In this document: positions 15,321-24,981 of the stretch, one piece after another
Layout of the letters: every line of letters begins with the position of its first letter
Position numbering within the stretch: the stretch's first letter is position 1
Assembly: GCF_014857925.1 (NCBI RefSeq)
Contig: NZ_JACYVZ010000025.1
Span: forward strand, 5,984 to 37,983
Direction of reading: 5' to 3'
Source of the DNA: Cysteiniphilum marinum
Lineage (GTDB): Bacteria; Pseudomonadota; Gammaproteobacteria; Francisellales; Francisellaceae
Length of the DNA: 32,000 nucleotides
The notes under the pieces: model-generated
What the model saw: only the letters and a program-made list of their open reading frames with translations
What the model was told of the DNA's origin: nothing
Database searches by the model: none
Position numbers and translations under genes: made by a program

Positions 15321-18034
15321 TGGATTCATTTAAAATATTTAACCTACTCAAGCAGTATGCCAAACCCAAAGGGGTGGGGCATTTTCATCATCTGTTACCG
15401 CTTCGCTATTTCAATCCCAATACTGAGATTTTTCACAATCAATATGCTTATACAACGTTTTTACGAACAGCAAAACGCAATGGCTTTGGTTGCGGGTTTA
15501 AATTAGAGCCAATGACAGGTACCTCTTTAGATTCACTCAAAACCTTAAATATGTTGATTTGTGATAAGTTACCGACAGGCAAAAAATGGTCGTATCAGTT
15601 TTGTTTGTCGGGTAATCGTAAACTTTTGCCACAAATTGAGATTAACCGCCAGATACACTCACAACGAGGGGGGCTGTATGCCAATCTTGCCCAATCACAA
15701 GCGGATTTGTTGACGAAAGCATTAATTGATGGGTTTTCGACAGGTTACGGCAAGCAAGCACGTTTTGATGTTAAAAACTATGAAGCGTATTTTTTTGCAA
15801 GCTGTATTGAGCCAGAAGATAGTGCGATGATTAAGGTAAAACATGCGGCTGAATCTGCTTTTAATACGATGCGTTTTGCGATGCGTCCGATGAATGCAGA
15901 AGATATGATTAGCTATGTGGGTGACATTATCAATCACAACCCTAAGATGTTGTCACCGCGTGAGGTGGTTCACAACCCGATAGATGAATTGCACAAACAA
16001 GTCATTAACCCAACCACTGAAATTAACCGTATTACGCCTAATTGGATTGACATTCATTATGAAGACGAAACATTACCCGTTTCAAAAAGGCTAACCCAAG
16101 GCAAGCAAACAACGCGGGTTGTTTGTTTAACCTTGAAGCGTTTGCCACAAAGCTTCATTGCAACACAAATCCCTGATTATTTAGCTTCGGTCAATCATTT
16201 AGGTTTAGCGTTGTCTTGTCCATTTTTGTGGAGTGTTAATTTTCAAATTGAATCACGCTTAAAGTCTGAAATGCAAGCGGCAAGTAAACTGAAAAACCTC
16301 AATAAAATTAAGCGTTTAGGTTTAGCAAATATGTTTCCGCAACTAGACGATGAGATACAAGACTATTTGGAAATTCAACATGGTTTAAATGATGATCGCT
16401 ATCGGGTATGTAGTCTGTCGATGGATTTAATCCTTTACACCACGCCTCAAGATTATCAGCGTGATGTTGACGCTGCGATGAATCTTTTTCGTAAAGGGCT
16501 TGAATTGCAAGAAGCGCAATATATCCAAGGGCAGATTTTGCAATCGATATTACCCTTTAATTACGTAACGATGGCAGCAGATCGGCAAAAGTCGGGTACA
16601 CAGCAACGTGTTAAATCAACCAATGTTGTCAACTTTGCCCCTTTAATTGCTGATTATAAGGGAGCTTATGATAAGGACACAGGCTTGCGTTATGGGTTGC
16701 CTACGATTACGGCACGCAATCAATTAGCGCATATTGATTTGTTCCACATGGGCATGGACTCTTTTTCACTGTCGATAGCAGGGGCTAAAGGCTCGGGTAA
16801 ATCGGTATTTGCTCAAATGGTTTTAGAGCATATTGTTGCCAAAGGCGGTTATTGTTGGGCGTTAGATAAAGGGAAATCGCTAAAAAACATGGTGATCATG
16901 TCGGGTTCTAAACATATTGATGCCAGTACATTATTTTTAAATCCGTTTACGTTTTTAGATATTGATAAGATGAAAGCGGACAAGGACTTAATGAATGACC
17001 CTGAAATCAATGTTGATGCGATTTTCGCAAGTTCAATCAATATGATTGTTGATTTATATTACGCTATGGCAAACCCACAAGCGGATAATGTTCCTGCTTT
17101 TGAGGGTGCGCTTTTAATGCAAGCGATATTATCAGCGTATGGTAAACACAAAACGCAAACCCTAGTTGATCATGTTGTTTCAGCACTTGAGGTGATCGCT
17201 GAGGAAGATAGACAACGAAACAACAATGTAGTTGATCGACGCATTACTGATTTGATTATGCAATTGAGTAGTTATAAGTCAACCTCTGAAAGTAAAACCC
17301 ATGCGGAATTATTTAACAAAGCGTCACAGCTTGACCCCGATGTGCCTTTTATTTGTATTGAAACGGAAAGTGTCGATGAAAAAATGATGAAGCCGATCAT
17401 TATGGCATTAACCATTGACATTAATAATCGCATTATCAACTCAACCGATGGCAAGCCTAAAGCGTTTTTGATTGAAGAAGCACCACAGATTCTTAAGTTT
17501 AAATCAGACGCGTTAGAGAAAAAGCTATCGGAAGCAGCGGCGACATATCGTAAGAAAAACGCCTCGTTGATCATCGTAGCGCAACTTGTCTCTGAAATTA
17601 AAAAGAATCCGATACTTTCTGAGATTTACGATAAATCAGCTTACAAGATGGTCATGTTGCAAGACGAAAGTTTTGGGGCATTTGCCAAGCAAGACAAAGA
17701 CAATCCTTTGTTTACAGATGACGAGATTAAAACGGTGCAGCGTTTTCGTCCGTCTGGTGAAGCATGGTTTTCATCGTTTTTGCTTAAAAAATATGATGGC
17801 AGTTCATCGGAGCATCGCTTTTTTCTTGACCCTTACACGAAGATATTAACCACGACTAAATTATCTGAAATGCAAAGGGTGCGCGATTACCAAAAGCAAG
17901 GATTAACTAAAGAGGAAGCGATAACGCAAGCGGTGAATGATTTTTATGGTGACGAGATGAAAGCACTGCAAGCATTCTCTGCACAATTAAAGGCAGATCA
18001 AGCGGCACTCAATCAACCCAATCAAGAGGTTTGA
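15320..18034 (+). CDS. traC: TraC, the VirB4-family ATPase of the F-type T4SS.
   Basis: 904 aa. Walker A motif GAKGSGKS. Length and position match F TraC. TAATG overlap with traV. Confidence 0.95.
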   Translation: MDSFKIFNLLKQYAKPKGVGHFHHLLPLRYFNPNTEIFHNQYAYTTFLRTAKRNGFGCGFKLEPMTGTSLDSLKTLNMLICDKLPTGKKWSYQFCLSGNRKLLPQIEINRQIHSQRGGLYANLAQSQADLLTKALIDGFSTGYGKQARFDVKNYEAYFFASCIEPEDSAMIKVKHAAESAFNTMRFAMRPMNAEDMISYVGDIINHNPKMLSPREVVHNPIDELHKQVINPTTEINRITPNWIDIHYEDETLPVSKRLTQGKQTTRVVCLTLKRLPQSFIATQIPDYLASVNHLGLALSCPFLWSVNFQIESRLKSEMQAASKLKNLNKIKRLGLANMFPQLDDEIQDYLEIQHGLNDDRYRVCSLSMDLILYTTPQDYQRDVDAAMNLFRKGLELQEAQYIQGQILQSILPFNYVTMAADRQKSGTQQRVKSTNVVNFAPLIADYKGAYDKDTGLRYGLPTITARNQLAHIDLFHMGMDSFSLSIAGAKGSGKSVFAQMVLEHIVAKGGYCWALDKGKSLKNMVIMSGSKHIDASTLFLNPFTFLDIDKMKADKDLMNDPEINVDAIFASSINMIVDLYYAMANPQADNVPAFEGALLMQAILSAYGKHKTQTLVDHVVSALEVIAEEDRQRNNNVVDRRITDLIMQLSSYKSTSESKTHAELFNKASQLDPDVPFICIETESVDEKMMKPIIMALTIDINNRIINSTDGKPKAFLIEEAPQILKFKSDALEKKLSEAAATYRKKNASLIIVAQLVSEIKKNPILSEIYDKSAYKMVMLQDESFGAFAKQDKDNPLFTDDEIKTVQRFRPSGEAWFSSFLLKKYDGSSSEHRFFLDPYTKILTTTKLSEMQRVRDYQKQGLTKEEAITQAVNDFYGDEMKALQAFSAQLKADQAALNQPNQEV

Positions 18035-18038
18035 AGCA

Positions 18039-18515
18039 ATGGAAGAAGTAGACGAGAAAAATATAAAAAATATAAAAAATATTGAAAATATAAAAGAGAC
18101 GAAAAACCAAGAAAACCAAGAAATCGAAAAAAGCGAAAAAAGCGAAAAAAGCAAAATAAAAGGTAAAGCGCAAAGTAAACTTTTTTATTGGCTACTTATC
18201 ATTATTGGCTTGGGTTTTTTGTGGTTTGTCATCTTTAACACATTCAGTGCGTCAAGTGCCTTTGAGCAAAACAAGGCGGTAGTGATGATAGATACCCAAA
18301 AGATCATACAACGCTATGCGAAAACCTTAGCGACAACATCTAATTTAAGCGATAGCGAGCGAGTCAATAAAGCCCGTTTGTTTTCACAACAGCTTATGCG
18401 TGCTAGTGATCGTTATGCACAAGTGAATAATGTGGTGATTTTGCAAAAAGGTGCGGTGATCAGTGGCGCGAATGATGTAAGCGATGAGGTGATTGCGTTG
18501 ATTGGTGACGTGTAG
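18039..18515 (+). CDS. trbI: TrbI-like inner-membrane protein with a repetitive K/N/E-rich N-terminus.
   Basis: It lies between traC and traW as in F. It has a single TM. The C-terminal block VVMIDTQKII..YAK......LS..E.......F...L......YA....VVIL.KGAVISGA.DV.DEV resembles TrbI. Confidence 0.65.
   Translation: MEEVDEKNIKNIKNIENIKETKNQENQEIEKSEKSEKSKIKGKAQSKLFYWLLIIIGLGFLWFVIFNTFSASSAFEQNKAVVMIDTQKIIQRYAKTLATTSNLSDSERVNKARLFSQQLMRASDRYAQVNNVVILQKGAVISGANDVSDEVIALIGDV
18057..18150 (+). repeat. Cluster of in-frame 9-nt tandem repeats encoding NIKNIKNIENIK, NQENQE and EKSEKSEKS at the 5' end of trbI.
   Basis: Read directly from the sequence. Confidence 0.85.
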
Positions 18516-18556
18516 AACAAAGTAAAAAAAGAAAAAAATATTGATCGAGGTACTTT

Positions 18557-19324
18557 ATGATGATTGCGCTTATTCGCCTTATTGCCAAAAAACTTAACAC
18601 ATTAGCGGTGTTTACGTGTCTGTCACTCCCTTTAAGCTTAGGTATTATCAGCCTAAGTCACGCTAAAGACTTAGGCTTTTATGGCGAAACCTTTTCAATC
18701 ACTGAAACTAATCTTTTAGATTTAATTCAAAAGCGGTTATTAGCGATGGAAGCCAGTGGTGAATTAGCGCAATGGGAGCATGATGTTAAGGAGCGGGTGA
18801 AGCAATCCATGCTACGCCCAAGCGGTTATCATTTAATGACCACCTCAACCCCTGATACGTTTTATCATGTGCCGTTGTTGGTATTGCAAGCCGATGTAAC
18901 CGATATTGACGGCAAGCTACTTTACCCTAAAGGTACCACGGTCAACCCGCTAGATACTCGCACGTATCCTGATCACTTAAAGCCACTGTATCAAAAGCAA
19001 CAGCCTTTTTATGATACAACATTGATTATGATTAATGGCGATGACGCAGATCAGTTAAGGTGGACTAAAGCAGCAGTTGATGTGTTGAAGCAACAAAACA
19101 AGAACGTCAAAGTGATTTTAATTAATGGCAATGTGCATGAATCCTCTAAGCTTTTGGGGCTTAATGTTCGTTTTGACTATGGGCGTTTTATTAGTAACTC
19201 ATTAAAACTTAAAGCGGTGCCGAGTGTGATCACGCAAGATGATCACAACCCAACCCGCTTAAAGATTGTTGAGGTGGGAACGCATCAGTTGATGATAAAA
19301 GGGGGCAGTGATGGTGAGCATTGA
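18557..19324 (+). CDS. traW: TraW.
   Basis: Alignable with F TraW: DLG..G....I.E..L...I..RL...E.SGE, LRP, NPL, INGDD..Q..W, FD, VP. Confidence 0.9.
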   Translation: MMIALIRLIAKKLNTLAVFTCLSLPLSLGIISLSHAKDLGFYGETFSITETNLLDLIQKRLLAMEASGELAQWEHDVKERVKQSMLRPSGYHLMTTSTPDTFYHVPLLVLQADVTDIDGKLLYPKGTTVNPLDTRTYPDHLKPLYQKQQPFYDTTLIMINGDDADQLRWTKAAVDVLKQQNKNVKVILINGNVHESSKLLGLNVRFDYGRFISNSLKLKAVPSVITQDDHNPTRLKIVEVGTHQLMIKGGSDGEH

Positions 19325-20393
19325 TAAAACAAAAGAAAAAGTAAAAGAAAAAGTAAAAGAAAAAGTAAAATACATTTATCGCCTGATTGGTACCTTATCA
19401 ATCATACTGCCATTATGCTTGATGTTAGCAAACAAATCCTATGCTGCGGGCGGTTGCATGGGTCGTTTTGTCAACCCGATTACTGATATTTCATGGGCAA
19501 GTATTTTTCCAATGACGATAGGCGCAACGCCAGTTATTCCTAGTGCTTTAGGTTTGCCTGATACGTTAGATAATCCACCTATGCCAATAGCAATGTGTCC
19601 TATGCCACCGCCGATATTTTATCGCTTAGGTATGACAATAGGATTTTGGGAGCCACATTCTTTGGTGGATATAACGAGAATACCTTATTGCATGGTGAAC
19701 ATGGGTTTTCAAATGAGTTTAGGACTGAATCAACAACAAATAGGTGGACACTCTAACTCGATGGACGGCACAACAAACAGTGCTTTTTATCATGTGCATT
19801 GGTATAAGTATCCTGTAACCTATTTGTTAAATTTAATTGTCTCTATGGGTTGTGTTCAAGCTGAAAGTGTTGATTTGGCGTATTTAAGTGAGCTTGACCC
19901 ATTATGGGACGATGATATGTTATCGTTTATTTTAAATCCTGAAGCCATCCTTTTTGGCAATCCGATTACGCAGCTTGCTTGTATTCCTGAATCGGTGGCA
20001 ACCTCTACCAATATGAGCTTGCCTTTTGATGCGCTGTTTTGGTGTGCGGGTTCTCAAGGCTCGATGTACCCCTTAAATGGTGGTGTGAATTTCAGTTACT
20101 CGAATGTATCTAATGCGGTATTGATGACGGAAAAGATGAATTTCAAGTTGCACCGTCAAGGTATGCTTTGGGAAACTTCGGGGATATATCCTGCGATTTG
20201 CACATCGTTCCCAAGCCCGATATTGCCGAAGTCACGTTATCGCTACCAGTTTACGAATATTGTACCTGAGCCTTATATTTCGCACCCTTATGGCACAACT
20301 ACGTTTTTATGGGAAGCGGGCAAAGATGGCTTAGTCAATAGTGGCAACTTTGGGATTTTAAACTTTAGAAAGCGCAATTGCGTTTACTTATAG
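19311..20393 (+). CDS. traU: TraU. The start is probably ATG 19311; the track gives GTG 19308.
   Basis: Strong identity blocks with F TraU: GRFVNPITDI.W, FYHVHWYKYP, AYLSE.DP.W.D, ILNPEA, LFWCAGSQGSMYP.NG, FKLHRQGM, YPSPILPK.R.RYQ, RKRNCV.L. Confidence 0.95.
   Translation: MVSIDKTKEKVKEKVKEKVKYIYRLIGTLSIILPLCLMLANKSYAAGGCMGRFVNPITDISWASIFPMTIGATPVIPSALGLPDTLDNPPMPIAMCPMPPPIFYRLGMTIGFWEPHSLVDITRIPYCMVNMGFQMSLGLNQQQIGGHSNSMDGTTNSAFYHVHWYKYPVTYLLNLIVSMGCVQAESVDLAYLSELDPLWDDDMLSFILNPEAILFGNPITQLACIPESVATSTNMSLPFDALFWCAGSQGSMYPLNGGVNFSYSNVSNAVLMTEKMNFKLHRQGMLWETSGIYPAICTSFPSPILPKSRYRYQFTNIVPEPYISHPYGTTTFLWEAGKDGLVNSGNFGILNFRKRNCVYL
19332..19367 (+). repeat. In-frame 12-nt tandem repeat AAAGAAAAAGTA, 3 copies, encoding KEKVKEKVKEKV at the traU N-terminus.
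   Basis: Read directly from the sequence. Confidence 0.9.
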
Positions 20394-20409
20394 TTAGGAG
20401 TATTAAAAA

Positions 20410-21198
20410 ATGTTTAAAGAAACAATGGCAAAAGGTGGTTGTATAAAACCTTACTTGTCCTTATATTCGGGATTGTTTGGGTTAGTGGGATTAGCAGGAT
20501 TGACGGCTTTGGGTGGGTATTCTTTGGCTTATGCTAATACACAAACGGTTAGCCAGTATGACGTGCAAGCCTTATATCAATCATCAATGGATAGGGCGCA
20601 ATTATACCAACCGCAAGCGTTAAATTTGTTAGCACAAGGTAATGAACACGCTAAAGAACATGAGGCACATGCCAAGGCAATAGCGCAGTCTGGGATTGAA
20701 AAAGCCCAAGCCTTTATGCAACAAGCAATTGATCAATCAAGTGTTTTGTCAACCGAGTTTAAAGGCGTGATGGTTTTTGTATCATTCTCTATGCCCGATG
20801 AATTATTAAAGCTGATTATCAAGCAAGCTGATCAATTAGCAATTCCTGTTTTAGTACAAGGCTTTTATAAAGATGATTTTAGGGCAACGGTTAAGCGCAT
20901 TGAACAGATTATTTTGCCCGATGGTTTAGATACTAAAAACCCGCCTAAAGGGGGCTTTAGTTTTGACCCAATGCGCTTTAAACAATATGGGATTGAGCAA
21001 GTACCGGCTTTTGTGGTGGCAAATCCTAAAGATGTTTGTAAAAGTGCCAAGATTGAGGATTGTATTGCTGATCAGTCAATGTTTGATGTAGTTTACGGTA
21101 ATCTTTCGGTTAAAGATGGTATTAGCATTCTCTACAACAAAGGCAGTGATCAATTCAAGCCAGTATTAGCTGAGGTATTAGCGAAAGCGAAACCTTAG
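20410..21198 (+). CDS. trbC: TrbC (F-type pilus assembly protein).
   Basis: The block VFVSFSMP..LL........A..L.IPV...G, followed by F.QYGI..VPA.VV and a final ..GNL.V, resembles F TrbC. Canonical position. RBS AGGAG. Confidence 0.85.
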   Translation: MFKETMAKGGCIKPYLSLYSGLFGLVGLAGLTALGGYSLAYANTQTVSQYDVQALYQSSMDRAQLYQPQALNLLAQGNEHAKEHEAHAKAIAQSGIEKAQAFMQQAIDQSSVLSTEFKGVMVFVSFSMPDELLKLIIKQADQLAIPVLVQGFYKDDFRATVKRIEQIILPDGLDTKNPPKGGFSFDPMRFKQYGIEQVPAFVVANPKDVCKSAKIEDCIADQSMFDVVYGNLSVKDGISILYNKGSDQFKPVLAEVLAKAKP

Positions 21199-21213
21199 CT
21201 TATTTTAATGGCA

Positions 21214-21285
21214 ATCAAGTTATCTGAGATTTACATAACAATAAACCTCAGATAAGTTGATCACATAAACCTCAGATAAGTTGAT
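21214..21285. repeat. Three-copy repeat element between trbC and traN. One inverted arm is followed by two perfect 21-nt direct copies of ATAAACCTCAGATAAGTTGAT.
   Basis: ATCAAGTTATCTGAG at 21214-21228 is the reverse complement, with one mismatch, of CTCAGATAAGTTGAT at 21247-21261. The 21-mer occurs at 21241-21261 and 21265-21285. Confidence 0.85.
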
Positions 21286-21371
21286 TATTCTTAATTAGCT
21301 TTAACATTTCCACTTTTCCCGCTTTCCCCATTTTCCCAACGTTGTACTTTTTTCAAAAGGATATAGCAAAT

Positions 21372-23207
21372 ATGTTTACCTATCGATTTAACCCATTATT
21401 AGCATTAAGTTGTGGCTTGATAAGCTTAACATTAAGCTATGCCAACACACAGCAAGCACAATTTGATCAAACCTTAGTTGATGTTCAGCATATCGCTCAA
21501 AATACGATAGACTCGGGCAAGCTGAATGATTTTAATGTCAATGATTTTGCCACTGGTGACATTCACAACGTGCCTGCAATGCAGTATTTAGATAATCCGC
21601 ACTTGATGGATACCGACAAGCAAAATGCTTTTTTAAACAATGAAGATGCTCAGGCTTTAATGTTGGCAAACAACACAAATAAAGTCACCATTAACCCCAA
21701 TGACCCGATCTATCAGCATGTGGTCGATATACAAAATAATGCCGATAAGATATTAAGCGATTCAGGCGATGAATACACGTGCCAAGAAGTATCAGGGTCT
21801 TGTGTTGACGAAACGGTGACACGAACATGTCAACAATCCAATTATCAAAACATAAACTGCATTCGCTATCCGCAGATTGATTTGATTGATAAAACGATTC
21901 CTGCGTATGATCAATCATTTAGTGGTACAGGTAAAACTGATTATCGGCATGAGCCATACCATGCAGGGGCTTCTTTTAGTTATCCTTATACTGGAAAACT
22001 CAAATCATTAACGATCACTGCAACAGCGACAGGCACTTATGGTGGCGGTTGGTTTGGTCATTACTGGATAAACATAAGCCCAATTGTTAATAGGATTGAT
22101 ACCAGATTATACCAACAAAGCATCACCTATACTTTCAATAACTTAGATATATGGGTGACACAAGGGCAAAAAAGCAGTTTTTATGCCGATGGTCGGGAAT
22201 ATGCAACGGTTCCCGATGTTGTAATCAATTTTACTGGGGTGATTGAAATTCCCCCACGCATTGAAAAAGAAGCACAAATAACATGGAAAGATACTTGTAA
22301 CAATGTCAATGGCAGTGCGTGTGTGAAAACCTATGAAGCTTGTACTGAGCAAGGGGGCATTAAAAATATTGGTGGCGTTGAGGTGAATTTGCCTTGTTGG
22401 CAGTATGCCTTAAGTTATAAATGTGGCTATAACGTTTTAAATACATGCCAAGCATTTGAAAATAAGTGCAGTTTGGTTGATCAGCGGTGTATTGAGGAAG
22501 ATGGCGGTTTTTGTTTAACACATGAAAAAACGTACCAATGCACCGAACAAAGCTGTGAAAATGTTGATTTAGTTTGTGGCAATCCTAATAGCATTACGTT
22601 CACCCAAGAAATAACAAGCGGTAACAAAGGGGATTTCTTACATGCTGTTGCAGCCTTTGCAGGGGTTAATGAAGCGGCAAGTGATGTTAAAGATTCACAA
22701 GATCAGATCAATATATTTAAAGGTAAATCGGCTAACTGTGGCGAGGCTGCGTTAGGCGTTTATGATTGCTGCGATGGTGATGGTAATATCATTCGCAATT
22801 GTTCTGAGAGTGAGCAAGCCTTGCGTGAGGATAGAAACAAGGGCAAGGCAATTTATGCGGGTCGCTATTGTGGCAAGAAAGTTGCAGGGGTTTGCTTGGT
22901 TCATCACCAAAGCTTTTGTGTTTATGATTCTAAGCTAACCCGCATTATTCATGAGCAAGGGCGAATAGGGCAATTAGGTATTGGTTTAGGTGACGCAAAG
23001 CACCCTAATTGTTCGGGCATGACACCTGAACAGTTGCAAGCGATTAATTTTGACAAGATCAACTTTGAGGAAGTCTATGCTGAGATTGAAGCAGCAGCAA
23101 CTTTGCCTACTGACGCTTTAGCCAATGCCTTAAGTGGCAAGTTTGGCTCGGGTAATGCGTTGCCTGAAATTAACAAACAACAAGGCAATTCATTACCGAG
23201 TCGATAG
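21372..23207 (+). CDS. traN: TraN (Cys-rich outer-membrane mating-pair stabilisation protein). The start is probably ATG 21372.
   Basis: About 610 aa. Signal peptide MFTYRFNPLLALSCGLISLTLSYA. Many conserved-looking Cys residues in the central and C-terminal regions. Canonical position. Confidence 0.9.
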   Translation: MFTYRFNPLLALSCGLISLTLSYANTQQAQFDQTLVDVQHIAQNTIDSGKLNDFNVNDFATGDIHNVPAMQYLDNPHLMDTDKQNAFLNNEDAQALMLANNTNKVTINPNDPIYQHVVDIQNNADKILSDSGDEYTCQEVSGSCVDETVTRTCQQSNYQNINCIRYPQIDLIDKTIPAYDQSFSGTGKTDYRHEPYHAGASFSYPYTGKLKSLTITATATGTYGGGWFGHYWINISPIVNRIDTRLYQQSITYTFNNLDIWVTQGQKSSFYADGREYATVPDVVINFTGVIEIPPRIEKEAQITWKDTCNNVNGSACVKTYEACTEQGGIKNIGGVEVNLPCWQYALSYKCGYNVLNTCQAFENKCSLVDQRCIEEDGGFCLTHEKTYQCTEQSCENVDLVCGNPNSITFTQEITSGNKGDFLHAVAAFAGVNEAASDVKDSQDQINIFKGKSANCGEAALGVYDCCDGDGNIIRNCSESEQALREDRNKGKAIYAGRYCGKKVAGVCLVHHQSFCVYDSKLTRIIHEQGRIGQLGIGLGDAKHPNCSGMTPEQLQAINFDKINFEEVYAEIEAAATLPTDALANALSGKFGSGNALPEINKQQGNSLPSR

Positions 23208-23270
23208 TAAAGATCAAAAAATCAAAATATAAAAATATCAGAAAAATAAACTTAAAGGATAAGGAAAAGT

Positions 23271-24137
23271 ATGCGCCCATTATTGAGTATGCTTTCACTA
23301 GCATTCATTCCATTTATTCCATTCATTCCATTTACTCTATTATTTACACTTTTAACCTTTTCACTACCGCAAACAAGCCTTGCTGCGACTTATAAAGCCC
23401 AAGGTTGGCAATGGTACAGTGTCACGATTGAGGAAGATGAGGACGAAGAGATAGAGGAAAATAACCAGTTAAAGCCAATGGTGACAACAACAGAAGCACC
23501 GATCATGATGAGTTACAAAGATCAGCTTAAAGATTTTCAAGCACATTATGAGGAAGCTCAAGCAAAAGCGATAATTACCCGCTCAAAAGAAGATGTCGAG
23601 TATGCTATGCGCTTGCATAACTTTATGATTAATTCCTCGAAACAATATGGGGTTGCTTTTCAGAAAGTCTTGCTCGAGTCACCTGATTTGTCGCATCAAG
23701 TGGTATTCCCAACACAAGACAGTGCCAGAATGATCAGTAAAGCCGTTGATTCCAAGCGCAGAAAATCGGCGATTGCTGAATATGCCAAGTCGTATGGTTT
23801 GTTTTTCTTTTATAAAGGGGAAGATGTTTACGCTCAAGGCATGGCGGATTCAACACAATCCTTTGCAGATACTTACAATATTAGCTTGGTAGGTGTACCT
23901 GTTGATGGCAAGGGGTTAAAAAGTATTCATGTTAATTTGCCTGAGAGTGGGCAAATAAAACAATGGGGTGTTAAAGCGTTGCCCGCATTGTTTTTGTATC
24001 ACCGAGAAACACAGCAAGTTCAGCCATTTCATTATGGGTTTATTTCAGAAAACCAGATTGAAGAACAGTTTTTAAAACTTGCCACAGATTTTTATCAGAA
24101 GCCATTGGCGGGAGATGTTACGCATGAAGTCGAGTAA
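23271..24137 (+). CDS. traF: TraF (thioredoxin-fold periplasmic pilus assembly protein without CXXC).
   Basis: The blocks GWQWY, YG..FFY.G.D, and VK..PA..L followed by P..YGFIS resemble F TraF. Confidence 0.9.
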   Translation: MRPLLSMLSLAFIPFIPFIPFTLLFTLLTFSLPQTSLAATYKAQGWQWYSVTIEEDEDEEIEENNQLKPMVTTTEAPIMMSYKDQLKDFQAHYEEAQAKAIITRSKEDVEYAMRLHNFMINSSKQYGVAFQKVLLESPDLSHQVVFPTQDSARMISKAVDSKRRKSAIAEYAKSYGLFFFYKGEDVYAQGMADSTQSFADTYNISLVGVPVDGKGLKSIHVNLPESGQIKQWGVKALPALFLYHRETQQVQPFHYGFISENQIEEQFLKLATDFYQKPLAGDVTHEVE

Positions 24138-24882
24138 AACTTTTTCTACTTTTTTTACTTCTTTTACTTTTTTTACCTTTTTCGCATTATTTGCACTACT
24201 AACAACGGCAAATAAAGCAACCGCCTCACTGTCTGAACGCATGATTGCCGAGCAAGTCCTTATATCGGTAAAAGCCATTGAAACGGAAACTGACAAGAAA
24301 AATACTGATCATGATTATGTCGATAACGAAGCGTATTTTGGTGCTTTAACGCAACCGATAGCGGTAAATAATCAAGGGGCAAAGGGTAAAAATGATAATA
24401 AAGACAATGAAGATAAGATAGGTAAAAAAGATAAAAAAGATAAAAAAAGTAAAAAAGGTATAAAACATAAAGAATACAACAACGCCAATAGTGAGCAGGA
24501 TAATCACGCCATTGTATTCTTTATGAGTGGGTCTTGTGGCTATTGCCACAAGCTCTCCCCCTTGGTAAAGCAACTTGCCGATGAGTTCAATCTTGAGGTA
24601 TACCCTTTTAGCTTCGATGCTCAAGGTACGCCAGAGTATCCTAATGTCATGCCTGTTGTTGCCAATCAGTCACGACAATATTGTGATCAATTTGATTCAT
24701 CATTTAAAAACTCATGCCAATTGGCACAAAGAATATACCGAACATATTACGGTGATGCGAGTCCTTTTACACCAGTTTTGTTTTTACAGAACACGGAAAA
24801 CATGCGTTTTGAGCTACTGGCACGAGGATATGAGAGTGTTGATGTGCTGACTAACAAACTGCGTCAACGATTGAGTGATTGA
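24124..24882 (+). CDS. trbB: TrbB (DsbC-like thiol:disulfide isomerase) with a long K/D/N-rich insert. The start is probably ATG 24124 or 24115.
   Basis: CXXC motif in SGSCGYCHKLSPLVKQLADEF. Signal-like N-terminus. Canonical position between traF and traH. Confidence 0.75.
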   Translation: MKSSKTFSTFFTSFTFFTFFALFALLTTANKATASLSERMIAEQVLISVKAIETETDKKNTDHDYVDNEAYFGALTQPIAVNNQGAKGKNDNKDNEDKIGKKDKKDKKSKKGIKHKEYNNANSEQDNHAIVFFMSGSCGYCHKLSPLVKQLADEFNLEVYPFSFDAQGTPEYPNVMPVVANQSRQYCDQFDSSFKNSCQLAQRIYRTYYGDASPFTPVLFLQNTENMRFELLARGYESVDVLTNKLRQRLSD

Positions 24883-24981
24883 GGCATTTAAGCGGTTTGC
24901 AACGGAAAATAGCGAAGTGAAAAGTGAAAAAAAGCAAAAAATAAAGAATTAAAAAAATAGAAAAATAAAAAAGAGGTAAAT

